Positions 41,261 through 50,844 of a stretch of 64,000 nt of DNA are shown here, piece by piece. Source of the DNA: Alphaproteobacteria bacterium (GTDB lineage Bacteria > Pseudomonadota > Alphaproteobacteria > MPNO01); NCBI GenBank assembly GCA_965248835.1, contig CBDFLJ010000002.1, positions 32,001 to 96,000 of the forward strand. The letters are read 5' to 3'. Each line of letters opens with the position of its first letter. Position 1 is the first letter of the stretch. The notes below the pieces were generated by a model. The model saw only the letters and a list, made by a program, of their open reading frames with translations. It did not search any database and was not told where the DNA came from. Position numbers and translations under genes: made by a program.

Positions 41261-41413
41261 CGGCTGCGGTGCGCGCCGACATGCGCACCATCGCCCGCGG
41301 CCCATCGGCGAGACCGAGCGCACCGATGGGCCGCGCGGTGACCGAGTTGCCAAGCGGGGTGGTGCCGACAATAGTACGGCGTGGACCCTGGAGGGGGACT
41401 GACGGAGACGGCG

Positions 41414-42604
41414 ATGGCGGGCGATGGCGAACGGATCCTCGCGACACATGTCGGCAGCCTGATCAGACCGCCGGACCTGATCACCCATCTGCGCAGGATC
41501 GAGGCCGGCGCGCCCTATGACGAGGCGGCCTATGAGGCATGCCTTGCGGACTCGATCGGCGAGGTGGTGCGGCGGCAGGCCGAAGTCGGCATCGACATCC
41601 TGAGCGACGGCGAGTTCGGCAAGAGCAGGAACTGGGCGTTCTACGTCCACGACCGTCTCGCCGGCATCGAACGCCGGCCGCTGCCGCCCGAGGCGGCGAC
41701 CGCCGAGGGTAAGCGGGCCTCGGTGGGCGGGCGCGACCGCGAGGCCTTTCCCGAGTTTTACGAGGCCTACGACGAGGCTTCCGGACTCAAGGCCCGGCTG
41801 GCCTTCATCGCGGTCTGTTCCGGCCCCATCCGCTATTGCGGCCAGGACCAGATCCAGCGCGATATCGCCAACCTCAAGGCAGCTGCCGCCAAGGTGGATG
41901 CCGTGGACGCCTTCCTGCCGGTCGTCGCGCCGGCGAGCGCGCTGCCCGAAGCGCACAACGAATACTATCCCGACGAGCGCAGCCTGGTGTTCGCCATCGC
42001 CGAGGCGCTGCGCGAGGAGTACCGAGCCATCGTCGATGCCGGGCTGATCGTTCAGATCGACGATGCGTTCCTGCCTTACATGTACGAACGGCTGGTCCCG
42101 CCGATGACGATGGGGCAGTATCGTGAATGGGCCGAACTGCGCATCGATGCCCTCAACCACGCGCTGGACGGGATTCCGCCGGAGCGTGTGCGCTACCACA
42201 TCTGCTGGGGAAGCTGGAACGGCCCGCACATGTTCGACGTGCCGATGAAGGACATCGTCGACCTGATTCTCAAGCTCAAGGTCGGCGGCTTCCTGTTCGA
42301 GAACGCCAACCCGAGGCACGAGCACGAATGGCGGGTCTGGGAGACGGTCAAGCCGCCGCCGGGCGCCACGCTGATACCCGGCGTGATCAGCCACGCCACC
42401 AATATCGTCGAGCATCCGGAGCTGGTGGCCGAGCGCCTGGTGCGCCTGGCCGGGCTGGTCGGGCGCGAGAACGTCATGGCCGGCACCGATTGCGGCTTCG
42501 CCCAAAGCCCGTTCGCCCAGCGGGTCCACCCGAGCATCATGTGGGCCAAGCTCCGCGCGCTGGTCGAAGGCGCCGAGATCGCGACCCGTCAATTATGGCG
42601 CTAA
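41414..42604 (+). CDS. Cobalamin-independent methionine synthase II family protein (single MetE C-terminal barrel)
   Basis: THVGSL, SDGEF, Zn ligands HICWG / E / DCG. Confidence 0.88.
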   Translation: MAGDGERILATHVGSLIRPPDLITHLRRIEAGAPYDEAAYEACLADSIGEVVRRQAEVGIDILSDGEFGKSRNWAFYVHDRLAGIERRPLPPEAATAEGKRASVGGRDREAFPEFYEAYDEASGLKARLAFIAVCSGPIRYCGQDQIQRDIANLKAAAAKVDAVDAFLPVVAPASALPEAHNEYYPDERSLVFAIAEALREEYRAIVDAGLIVQIDDAFLPYMYERLVPPMTMGQYREWAELRIDALNHALDGIPPERVRYHICWGSWNGPHMFDVPMKDIVDLILKLKVGGFLFENANPRHEHEWRVWETVKPPPGATLIPGVISHATNIVEHPELVAERLVRLAGLVGRENVMAGTDCGFAQSPFAQRVHPSIMWAKLRALVEGAEIATRQLWR

Positions 42605-42687
42605 GGCATGTTCCGACCGGATCGGGCCGGGCCGGTTGATGGCAAGCAGGCGCGCGGGGCTGCGAGCATCTGAGGAGGGAACGAGCG

Positions 42688-43389
42688 ATGGATACGCCGA
42701 GCAGAGAATTCGTCCAGGCCGAGAAGATCGCCCATGTCAGCCCGCTTGGCAGGTTGAAGGACAAGGTGCGGCCGTCGCATACCGCGCTGGTGGTCATCGA
42801 CGTGCAGAACGATTTCTGCGCGCCCGGCGGAATGATGGATCAGGAAGGCCACGATCTCGGTGCGGTGCAGGCGATGGCCGAGCGCTTGCCGGCATTGATT
42901 TCGGCCGCGCGTGCCGCTGGGGTGCTGGTGATCTTCGTCAAAAACGTCTATTCGACCGAGCACAATTTCTATCTCTCCGATTCCTGGCTCGAGCAGGCAT
43001 CGCGGGTGCGCGAGGGCAGCTACACCACCCGCGCGGTCTGCGCCGAGGGCTCCTGGGAGGGTGATTTCTACGGCGACGTGCGCCCTGAACCCGGCGACCC
43101 GGTGGTCCGAAAGCACCGCTTCAGCGCCTTCGCGAACACCGATCTGGAGACGATCCTGCGGGCGCACGGAACCCGCTCGATGGTGTTCACCGGGGTTGCC
43201 ACCAACGTCTGCGTCGAGACCACGGCGCGCGAGGGATTCATGCGCGACTATTACGTCGTCTTCACCTCCGACGGCACCGCGACCTATTCGGAAGAGGACC
43301 ACGAGGCGACGCTGCGGAACATCGACCGCTATTTCGGCCAGGTCGTGCCGGTCGGCGAACTGCAATCGATCTGGATGGCCAACGAATAG
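42688..43389 (+). CDS. Cysteine hydrolase (isochorismatase family, RutB-like)
   Basis: DVQNDF, KHRFSAF and TNVCVE triad. Confidence 0.9.
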   Translation: MDTPSREFVQAEKIAHVSPLGRLKDKVRPSHTALVVIDVQNDFCAPGGMMDQEGHDLGAVQAMAERLPALISAARAAGVLVIFVKNVYSTEHNFYLSDSWLEQASRVREGSYTTRAVCAEGSWEGDFYGDVRPEPGDPVVRKHRFSAFANTDLETILRAHGTRSMVFTGVATNVCVETTAREGFMRDYYVVFTSDGTATYSEEDHEATLRNIDRYFGQVVPVGELQSIWMANE

Positions 43390-43453
43390 AACTCGGGCGG
43401 CGCACCGGGCTTCCTGGAGCCCGACGCCGCAGCGCGGGATCGGGGCCTCCGCT

Positions 43454-44284
43454 TCAGTGCGCGAAAGCCTGGGCGATCGCGCGGCGGACGGCGGTGGCGT
43501 GGATCTGGCGGTCGATGGAATCGAGATCGGGGCGGGCCTCGGCGACGGCGGCCCGCGCTTCTTCGGCGCTCGGTCCGCCCGCCTGGAAGGTGGCCAGGCG
43601 CTCGGACAGGCCGCGCAGCAGGATCGGCGGAGCGTCGGTGCCGCCGAGGACCACGCGGCACAGGCCGCGCTCGGGGTCGAAGACCGCCGCCCCGATCGAA
43701 TCGGCGAGGTCGCCGGCCTTCTTCACCACCTTGTAATAACCCCAGCACGCGGCGTCGGAGAGCACCGGCACGTGGACGGCGGTCAGGATCTCGTCCGCCG
43801 CGAGCGTGCTGGTGAACGCGCTGACGAACAGATCGTCGATCGCGATCGACCTTCCGCCGTCCGGACCGTGGGCTTCGACCTCCACGCCCAGCGCCGCCAT
43901 CGCCGACGGCCAGTCGCCGCCGGGGTCGATGTGGGCCAGGCTGCCGCCGATGGTGCCGCGGTTGCGCACCGCCCGGTAGGCGATGCCGCGGGCCACCGAC
44001 CGGAGCATGCCCGCGGTCACGTCCGGCACCTTGCCGTCCTCGATCATCGCGTGGGTGAGGGTAGCGCCCATCAGTTGCGTGCCGTCCTTTCGCTCGCAGG
44101 ATCGGAGCCCGGCGATGAAGCGGATATCGACCAGCAGCGACGGCCGAGCGAGTCTGAGGTTCATCATCGGCACCAGGGACTGTCCGCCCGCCAGCACCCG
44201 TCCTTCGCCGCCCGATTGCGCCAGCAGGCCGATCGCGGCGGCCAGTTCCGTCGGCTGCTCGTAGTCGAACTTCGCCGGTTTCAT
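43454..44284 (-). CDS. FAD-binding medium subunit (CoxM-like)
   Basis: MKPAKFDY, LAGGQSL and RNRGTIGGS. Confidence 0.92.
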   Translation of the reverse strand: MKPAKFDYEQPTELAAAIGLLAQSGGEGRVLAGGQSLVPMMNLRLARPSLLVDIRFIAGLRSCERKDGTQLMGATLTHAMIEDGKVPDVTAGMLRSVARGIAYRAVRNRGTIGGSLAHIDPGGDWPSAMAALGVEVEAHGPDGGRSIAIDDLFVSAFTSTLAADEILTAVHVPVLSDAACWGYYKVVKKAGDLADSIGAAVFDPERGLCRVVLGGTDAPPILLRGLSERLATFQAGGPSAEEARAAVAEARPDLDSIDRQIHATAVRRAIAQAFAH

Positions 44285-46611
44285 CTGGCCGCCGCCTCGA
44301 TCGCCTGCAGCACCCGCCGGCGCGTCATCGGCGTTTCGCGCAGCTCGGCGCCATAAGATTTCAGCGCATCGTTGATCGCGTTGGCGATCGCGGCTGGCGG
44401 CGAGATCGCGCCGCCTTCGCCCACCCCCTTGATGCCGAACTCCGTCCAGGGCGAGGGAGTCTCGATATGCTCGACCCGGATCGCCGGCAGTTCGGCCGGG
44501 CTCGGCACCGTGTAGTCGAGGAAGGTGGTCGCCAGCGGCTGGCCGGTCGCCGAATAGGGCATCTCCTCGAACAGCGCGGTGCCGATGCCCTGGGCCGAGC
44601 CGCCCATGACCTGGCCCGCGACCACCATCGGGTTGACCATGCGTCCGCAATCCTCGACCGCCAGATAGTCGAGCAACTCGACCGAGCCGATCTCGGGATC
44701 AACCGCAACGAGGGCCGCGTTGGTCGCATAGGAGAACGCGCCGCTGTCGGGTACGGGGCGGTAGCCCATCGTCACCTCGACCCCGCCGCGGTCGACATCC
44801 TCGGGAAGCTCCTCGGGATGGAAATACCAGACCCGGCCGATCTCGGCGAGGTCGATTTCGCCGGACGGTCCGACCACCTTGGCATCGCGCACCGTGACCT
44901 CGTCCCTGGAACATTGCAGCAGATGCGCCCCGATCAGGGCGGTGCGCTCGGCGATCACCTTGCAGGCGCGCGAGACCGCACCGCCGGCCATGACCATCGA
45001 CCGCGAGGCGATGGTGCCGACCGAAAAAGGCGTCAGCGCGGTGTCGCCGTGGACCACGCTGACCCTGTCGGGATCGATGCCCAGGACTTCGCTCGCGACC
45101 TGGGCCATGGTGGTCTCCATCCCCTGGCCGTGACACTGCACGCCGATACCGAGCTCGAGCCCGCCGTCGGAGGTGAGCCGCGCCGTCGCCTGCTCGAAGC
45201 CCGGAATAAAATCGATCCCCCAGTTCTTGAACACCGAGGTGCCGTGCGCGGTCTGGGCGACGTAGGAGGCGAACCCCAACCCGATCAGCCGGCCGTCCGG
45301 CTCGCCGCGGCGCTGGCGCTCACGCACCGCCTCGACATCCATCAGCGCGACCGCGCGGCGCAGCCCGGCCGGGTAGTCGCCGCTGTCGTAATGCTTGCCC
45401 ATCAGGTTGATATAGGGAAGCTGGTCGGTGGTGATCATGTTCTCCAGGCGGACATCGACCGGGTCGCGCCCGACCTTGCGCGCAACGATGTCGATCATCA
45501 CGTCCATCGCGAAGCACACCCCGGTGCGCGCGACGCTGCGATAGGGCGTAAGCGGTGGCTTGTTGGTCACCATCGTATAGGTGTTCATCCGGTAGCAGGG
45601 GATCTCGTAGGGCCCGAGCAGGTTGCCGCCGGCCTGGGCGGCCTCCAGGGTCGAGGTCGAGGGCCAGACCGAATAGGCGCCGCCGTCGACCACAATCTCG
45701 GCATCGAGCGCCAGAATCTTGCCCCGCTCGTCGGTGTAGAAGGTCAGGTCGTACCAGTGCTCGCGCGCGTTCGCCCCAGCCGAGAGGTGCTCGTAGCGAT
45801 CCTCGGTCCAGCGCACCGGGTGGCCGAGATGGATAGCGAGCCATGCCAGCGCGATCTCCTCGACCTGGACGACGCACTTGTAGCCGAACCCGCCGCCGAC
45901 ATCGGGCGGGATCACCCGGACCTGCCGCTCTTCAAGGCCGAGCGCGGTCGCGATCGCCGAGCGGATCAGGTGCGGGATCTGGGTCGAGCTGATCGAGATG
46001 AGCTGGTCGGCCCGGTTGTCCCAATAGGCGATCGAGCCCTTGCCCTCCATCGGCACCTGGGCCTGGCGGGCGAGGCGAAGCTGGCGGTTGACCACCACCG
46101 GCGCGGTCGCGGCAACGGCATCGATTGCATCGTCGCGGAAGGTGTGCAACCCGACATTGTCGCCCCAGGATTCGAACAGCAGCGGACTGTCGGGCTTGCG
46201 CGCATCCAGCATGTCGGTGACCGCGGGCAGCTCCTCGAGGTCGAGCTCGATCTGCTCGGCGAGATCCTCGGCCTCGGCGCGGGTCGGGGCGACGCACATC
46301 GCCACGCATTCGCCGGCGAAGCGCACCTTGTCGGTCGCCAGTATCGGCCAGTCTGCCGCCTTGTAGCCGGGCAGGCTCGACATCGCGCGGATCGGCTTGA
46401 CGCCGGTCAGGTCTGCGGCGGTGAAGACGCGGTCCTCGCTGCCGGGCGGCTTGCGAACCGCACGGATGCGCGCATGCCCCATCGGGCTGCGCAGGAAGGC
46501 CACCTCCTTCATCCGGTCGAGCCTGATGTCGCCGACATATTCGCCGCGGCCGTGGAGGAAGCGGTCGTCCTCCTTGCGCGGTATCGATGCACCAACGCCC
46601 TTTTCGCCCAT
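44281..46611 (-). CDS. Xanthine dehydrogenase family molybdopterin-binding large subunit
   Basis: RKEDDRFL.G, GGGFGYK, loop PYRSVART and KGVGEGG. Confidence 0.93.
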   Translation of the reverse strand: MGEKGVGASIPRKEDDRFLHGRGEYVGDIRLDRMKEVAFLRSPMGHARIRAVRKPPGSEDRVFTAADLTGVKPIRAMSSLPGYKAADWPILATDKVRFAGECVAMCVAPTRAEAEDLAEQIELDLEELPAVTDMLDARKPDSPLLFESWGDNVGLHTFRDDAIDAVAATAPVVVNRQLRLARQAQVPMEGKGSIAYWDNRADQLISISSTQIPHLIRSAIATALGLEERQVRVIPPDVGGGFGYKCVVQVEEIALAWLAIHLGHPVRWTEDRYEHLSAGANAREHWYDLTFYTDERGKILALDAEIVVDGGAYSVWPSTSTLEAAQAGGNLLGPYEIPCYRMNTYTMVTNKPPLTPYRSVARTGVCFAMDVMIDIVARKVGRDPVDVRLENMITTDQLPYINLMGKHYDSGDYPAGLRRAVALMDVEAVRERQRRGEPDGRLIGLGFASYVAQTAHGTSVFKNWGIDFIPGFEQATARLTSDGGLELGIGVQCHGQGMETTMAQVASEVLGIDPDRVSVVHGDTALTPFSVGTIASRSMVMAGGAVSRACKVIAERTALIGAHLLQCSRDEVTVRDAKVVGPSGEIDLAEIGRVWYFHPEELPEDVDRGGVEVTMGYRPVPDSGAFSYATNAALVAVDPEIGSVELLDYLAVEDCGRMVNPMVVAGQVMGGSAQGIGTALFEEMPYSATGQPLATTFLDYTVPSPAELPAIRVEHIETPSPWTEFGIKGVGEGGAISPPAAIANAINDALKSYGAELRETPMTRRRVLQAIEAAAR

Positions 46612-46682
46612 CGATGCCTCCGAGTCGTGCTGGCAGACACTGTCGCGTCTGGCCGGTCTTTGCAACCGCGGGGCCGGGCGGC

Positions 46683-47816
46683 TCAATCCGAAGCGGTGCC
46701 TTCGAAGTCGACATAGTCGAAGTCGAGGCCGAAATGACGCGGCCCCAGCAGCGCTCGTCCGGCCTCGCTGTGCCAGGCCGGATCGAGCGCCTTGACCGCG
46801 AAACCCACCACCTTGCGGCCGGACTCGACATCGCCCAGGGTGGTCAAGGGCCGGTTGGTCTCGGAATCGAGCAGCGCGATCACGTCGGGGCTGGTGGCGA
46901 TCACCGTCCCGTCGCGCCAAACCGCGTGGTGCTCGTTCTTGACCCAGATACGGAAGTCCGAGCCGGCCCAGCGGCCGGTGCCGGCGAAGTGGTAGTCGAG
47001 CTCGCGGAACGCGTAGGGCTGGGTGTCGCGCCACTCGGTCGCGGTGGCCTCGGCCTCGAACAGGACGCGGCCGCCGGTCTCGGCGGTCAGCGCATCGAGC
47101 CCGCGGCGGCGCAACGCGGCGCCGACGCGCAGCGCGGTAGACAGGCTGCCGCCGACCAACGCCGGGCCGGCATCGCGAAGGCGGACCAGGTGCCCGGTGG
47201 TGGCAATCCCTCGTCCGTAGGCCGCGCGGCTGACCATCCGGCCCAACCGGTCGGCCATCGCGGCCCCGACGGTGGATTTCAGGATCGTCCGGTTGCCCCA
47301 GCGGTCGACCATGACGACCGGCGCCGGCGGGCGTCCCTCGAGCTCCATCTTGTTGAGCGCGAGCTCCGGAATGGCGCGCCCGACATAGTCGCCGTCCAGC
47401 GTCGGGATGCCGAGCTCGAGCCCGGTCATTATGGTCGCCGCCGTCGCGGCGCTCGACAGCTCCATCGAGACCAGCGCGCCGAGCCTCACGCCGGCATAGT
47501 CGGCTAGCTCACGGGCCGATTCGACCAGCCGCGGAACGATGTCGGGAAACGCTTCGGCCTCCAGGCCGTAGCGCGCCAGCTCGTCGGCCGGCGGCGGCTC
47601 GTCGGGGTCCTTGCCGCCAACGATGATCGCCCAGCACGTCCAGGTGTCCTCGGGCAGTTCCTCGGCGGCGACCAGCGTGATCTCGCGCCCGGCGCGGACG
47701 GCCGGCGCCAGCAGATCACGCCCGGCCTCGATCCGGCCGCCGCCGCCGGTGCCGAAGAACGCCAAACCCCAGCACAGGTCCTCAACCGCCTCGAGATCGG
47801 AGATTACCGTCGCCAT
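46683..47816 (-). CDS. DUF917 family protein
   Basis: GTGGGG, DGD..GRAIPE, KNE and SPDVI. Confidence 0.8.
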   Translation of the reverse strand: MATVISDLEAVEDLCWGLAFFGTGGGGRIEAGRDLLAPAVRAGREITLVAAEELPEDTWTCWAIIVGGKDPDEPPPADELARYGLEAEAFPDIVPRLVESARELADYAGVRLGALVSMELSSAATAATIMTGLELGIPTLDGDYVGRAIPELALNKMELEGRPPAPVVMVDRWGNRTILKSTVGAAMADRLGRMVSRAAYGRGIATTGHLVRLRDAGPALVGGSLSTALRVGAALRRRGLDALTAETGGRVLFEAEATATEWRDTQPYAFRELDYHFAGTGRWAGSDFRIWVKNEHHAVWRDGTVIATSPDVIALLDSETNRPLTTLGDVESGRKVVGFAVKALDPAWHSEAGRALLGPRHFGLDFDYVDFEGTASD

Positions 47817-47985
47817 GGCGATGTCCCCCCGCAGCCCGTTTCCGCGCCTTCCCGCCCGCCGATCGTCTTCAGCCGTCGAACGACCGCACTGGCGTCCCGG
47901 CCGTTGGCATCCTGGCGGTTTCGCGAGGCTTGCGCTAGGCTGTGCGGCGGCACCCGGCGGCACCCGGCGGGCCAAGGAGGCGAGG

Positions 47986-49167
47986 ATGGCGACCACCTTA
48001 CACGGCGACCGCGAGCGCGGGTCCAACGTGCTCGATTGGGATGCGGAGATGGCGGCGCTGCATGAACGGACGCAGGCGCTGAACCTCTACGAGTTCTGGT
48101 CGGTCGGCAAGCAGGGCGAGCACGAGGCGGTCCGCGACCTCGCCCGGTTCGACCACGCGGTGCCGCATATCTGGAAGTACCGCGACGTCGGCCCCTGCCT
48201 GGAAAAGGCCGGCGCGTTGATCGACATGGAGGAGTCCGAGCGCCGCTCGCTGATCATGTGCAACCCGGCGCTCGAGGGGCTGATCGCGACCACGACGACG
48301 ATGTTCGCGGCCTACCGGATCAACAACCCCGACGAGATCGCCCCGCCGCACCGTCATTCGCCGAACGCGATCCGTTTCGGGTTGACCGGGCATACCAACT
48401 TCACTGGGATCGACGGCGAGCCGATCACCTTCGGCCCGGGCGACCTGGTGCTGACCCCGCACGATACCTGGCACGATCACGGCAACAGGGGCGAGGGCGG
48501 CGCGGTCAACCTCAGCGTGCTCGACATGCCGCTGGTCAACGTGCTCAACGCCACCTATTTCGACAGCGAGTATTTCGAGGACGACGGCCGGGGAGGGCGC
48601 GCGCGCCGCAACAGGCAGACCGACCGGCTGCACCCGGACTATTCACGACGCACCTACGGCACGGGCGGGCTTCTGCCGCGCACCGTCTCGCACGCCCGCG
48701 GTACCGGCAACGCCTCGCCGATGTACGTCTATCGCTGGGAGCCGACCCGGGAGCTTCTGGAGACGCTGCGCGAGAGCGAAGGCAGCGCTTACGACGGCGT
48801 GATGGTCGAATATGTCGACCCGACGACCGGCAAGGCGCCGTACGCGACGATGACGTTCTTCGCCAACATGCTGCGCCCGGGCGAGCGCACCTTGGCCTCG
48901 CGCCAGACCGCGAGCCTGATCTACACCGTGCTCGAGGGCAGCGGCCACAGCATCATCGGCGGGCAGCGGTTCGACTGGGAGCCGTTCGATACCTTCTGCG
49001 TTCCCGGCGGCTACTGGGTCGAGCATGTCAACGAGAGCCCGAGCGGCGATGCGATCCTGTTCGTCTCCAGCGACGAGCCGGTGCTCAAGGCGCTCCACTT
49101 CTATTCCCGTCACGGCCGCGAGGAGACCGGCGAGGAAGTTCTCCTGGAGACCTCGCGCCGCTTTTGA
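47986..49167 (+). CDS. Gentisate 1,2-dioxygenase-like bicupin
   Basis: ERRSL..NP, PHRHSPNAIRF and TP..WHDH; second cupin lacks the His motif. Confidence 0.85.
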   Translation: MATTLHGDRERGSNVLDWDAEMAALHERTQALNLYEFWSVGKQGEHEAVRDLARFDHAVPHIWKYRDVGPCLEKAGALIDMEESERRSLIMCNPALEGLIATTTTMFAAYRINNPDEIAPPHRHSPNAIRFGLTGHTNFTGIDGEPITFGPGDLVLTPHDTWHDHGNRGEGGAVNLSVLDMPLVNVLNATYFDSEYFEDDGRGGRARRNRQTDRLHPDYSRRTYGTGGLLPRTVSHARGTGNASPMYVYRWEPTRELLETLRESEGSAYDGVMVEYVDPTTGKAPYATMTFFANMLRPGERTLASRQTASLIYTVLEGSGHSIIGGQRFDWEPFDTFCVPGGYWVEHVNESPSGDAILFVSSDEPVLKALHFYSRHGREETGEEVLLETSRRF

Positions 49168-49192
49168 GGACGCGCCGCGGCCAAGGCGATCC

Positions 49193-49222
49193 TTGACATC
49201 GCAGCCGCGCTTTCCACATTAT
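49193..49222 (+). promoter_or_regulatory. Sigma70-like promoter of tRNA-Ala
   Basis: TTGACA-N18-CATTAT followed by a GC-rich discriminator. Confidence 0.6.
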
Positions 49223-49238
49223 CCGCGCCTTCGGTTGT

Positions 49239-49314
49239 GGGGCCGTAGCTCAGTTGGGAGAGCGCGACGTTCGCAATGTCGAGGTCAGGGGTTCGACTCC
49301 CCTCGGCTCCACCA
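49239..49314 (+). tRNA. tRNA-Ala (anticodon CGC)
   Basis: GGGGCCG acceptor with G3:U70, D-arm AGCTCAG, loop TTCGCAA, GGTTCGACTCC and encoded CCA. Confidence 0.97.
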
Positions 49315-49899
49315 TTCTTCAAGACACAACGCGTCTCTCCGGGGTGACTCTCCGGAGAGACGTGCGTCCAAAAGCCCCTTATTTTCAAACGGTTTGGGTG
49401 TTCCTCGCATCATTTCCGCTCCGTTGCCCACCGGTCGAATTCGTCCTGTTCCGCCGCCTTTTATTCTCTGTTCAGCCCGTATTCTCCGTTCCTTCTGGAC
49501 TTCGTCCAAACCTCATCCAGACGGGTTAATTTGTTGTATATCAATGAGTTGAACCAAAAGCGGCCATTTTCGGGAGTTGCGGAAGCTCTCCCTGTGCTCG
49601 GCGTTGAACAACCGAGAGTTCGAACGGTTGGTCCAGAAATCGATTCCTCCCTCTCGTCTGAATACCGATTCCCACACCTTCCGACAGTCGGTGCCCGCCT
49701 CCGGTAGGTAGCCGCCGCCAACTGGTGCTCTGGGTCCGCTGCGCGCGCCTCAGCGGTTGGTTCGACGACTACTGAAACGACCGCCTGCGCATGGCCGCAT
49801 GAGCCGGTTGGCGCTTGCTCACTTACAACTTGTCGCTCACCCAACGCCAGATATTCCTTGCTTTTTCTGGCGCAATGGCAGGAAGATATGTTCGTTCTA

Positions 49900-50733
49900 G
49901 GGTCCAGACTCAATTGAGCCAGTAGGCGAGGATAGCGGCAAGACAGACTGCGGAGAGGAAGTTTCGAGCGAGCTTGTCGTAGCGGGTGGCGATGCGGCGG
50001 AAGTCCTTGAGCCGGCAGAACATGCGCTCGATGACGTTGCGGTCGCGGTAGGTTTTGGCGTCGAAGGGGTGGAGATTGATGCGGTTGGCCTTGTTAGGGA
50101 TGACGGGCGTTGCGTTGCGGCTGGCGATGTCGGCGCGCAGCGCATCGCCGTCATAGGCCTTGTCAGCGATCAGCGCGGTCATGGGCGGCGCCACGGCCAG
50201 CACATCGACCGCGGCCGCGATATCGGCCTTCTGGCCTGGGCTCAGGACGAACGCCACCGGGCGGCAGCGCGGATCGCTCAGGGCGTGGATTTTTGTCGTC
50301 CGCCCGCCGCGCGAGCGTCCGATGGCCTGATTCTTCTCCCCCCTTTTCCGCCCGCCGCCGAGCGGTGCGCCTTGACCGAACTGGAATCGAGCGCCAGCGC
50401 CACCGGTTCCTCGGCGTTGGCGGCCAGCGCGGCGAAGATCGCCTGCCAGCAGCCGCGTTTGGACCAGCGGTTGAAGCGGTTGTAGATGGTGGTGTACGGA
50501 CCATACGCGGCAGGACAGTCGCGCCAGCGCGCGCCGCATTGCAGCATATGGATAATGCCGCTGATGATCCGCCGATCATCCGAACGCCTTGGCCCCGTCA
50601 GACCCTGCGGCAAATGCGGCTTGATCCGAGCCCATTGCCCTTCACTCAACCAGAACAGTCCACCGCCCATCGATCCCCTCCATAACAATTCAATCCAACA
50701 AGAGAATCACATTCTACAATTAGGTACAGACCC
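49900..50733 (-). mobile_element. IS5 family (IS427-like) element, 834 bp
   Basis: TIRs GGGTCCAGACTCAATT / GGGTCTGTACCTAATT; TA duplication in a CTAG target. Confidence 0.92.
49910..50688 (-). CDS. IS5 transposase in two ORFs joined by a frameshift
   Basis: OrfA YGPYTTIYNRFNRW...DSSSVKAH; OrfB IGRSRGG.TTKIH, ADKAYD, RN.IER.F..LK.FRRIATRYDK; AAAAGGGGGG site near 50338-50347. Confidence 0.9.
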
Positions 50734-50844
50734 TAGATCAGCGTAGAGTCAGGCATGGCTTGTACTCCCGCGTTATCGTTGAACTGCAACCGGCACATGG
50801 TGTTGCGCGCAGTTCAGGAATGTCCACGGTTATCCATGGTGGGA

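Noticed and set aside
41190-41413. SAM or cobalamin riboswitch ahead of the MetE-like gene
   Set aside because: No recognisable consensus elements
43454-46611. Aerobic CO dehydrogenase (form I)
   Set aside because: Lacks AYxCSFR, CoxS and accessory cox genes
49461-49913. 150-aa minus-strand ORF, and the upstream extension of 50755-51324
   Set aside because: They start in the IS end or cross a terminator, lack an RBS, and overlap sequence better explained as structured RNA
49900-50733. IStron-like intron-transposase chimera
   Set aside because: The IS5 has its own TIRs and TA duplication and disrupts the P9-like hairpin, so it looks like a secondary insertion; known IStrons use IS605/IS607 elements
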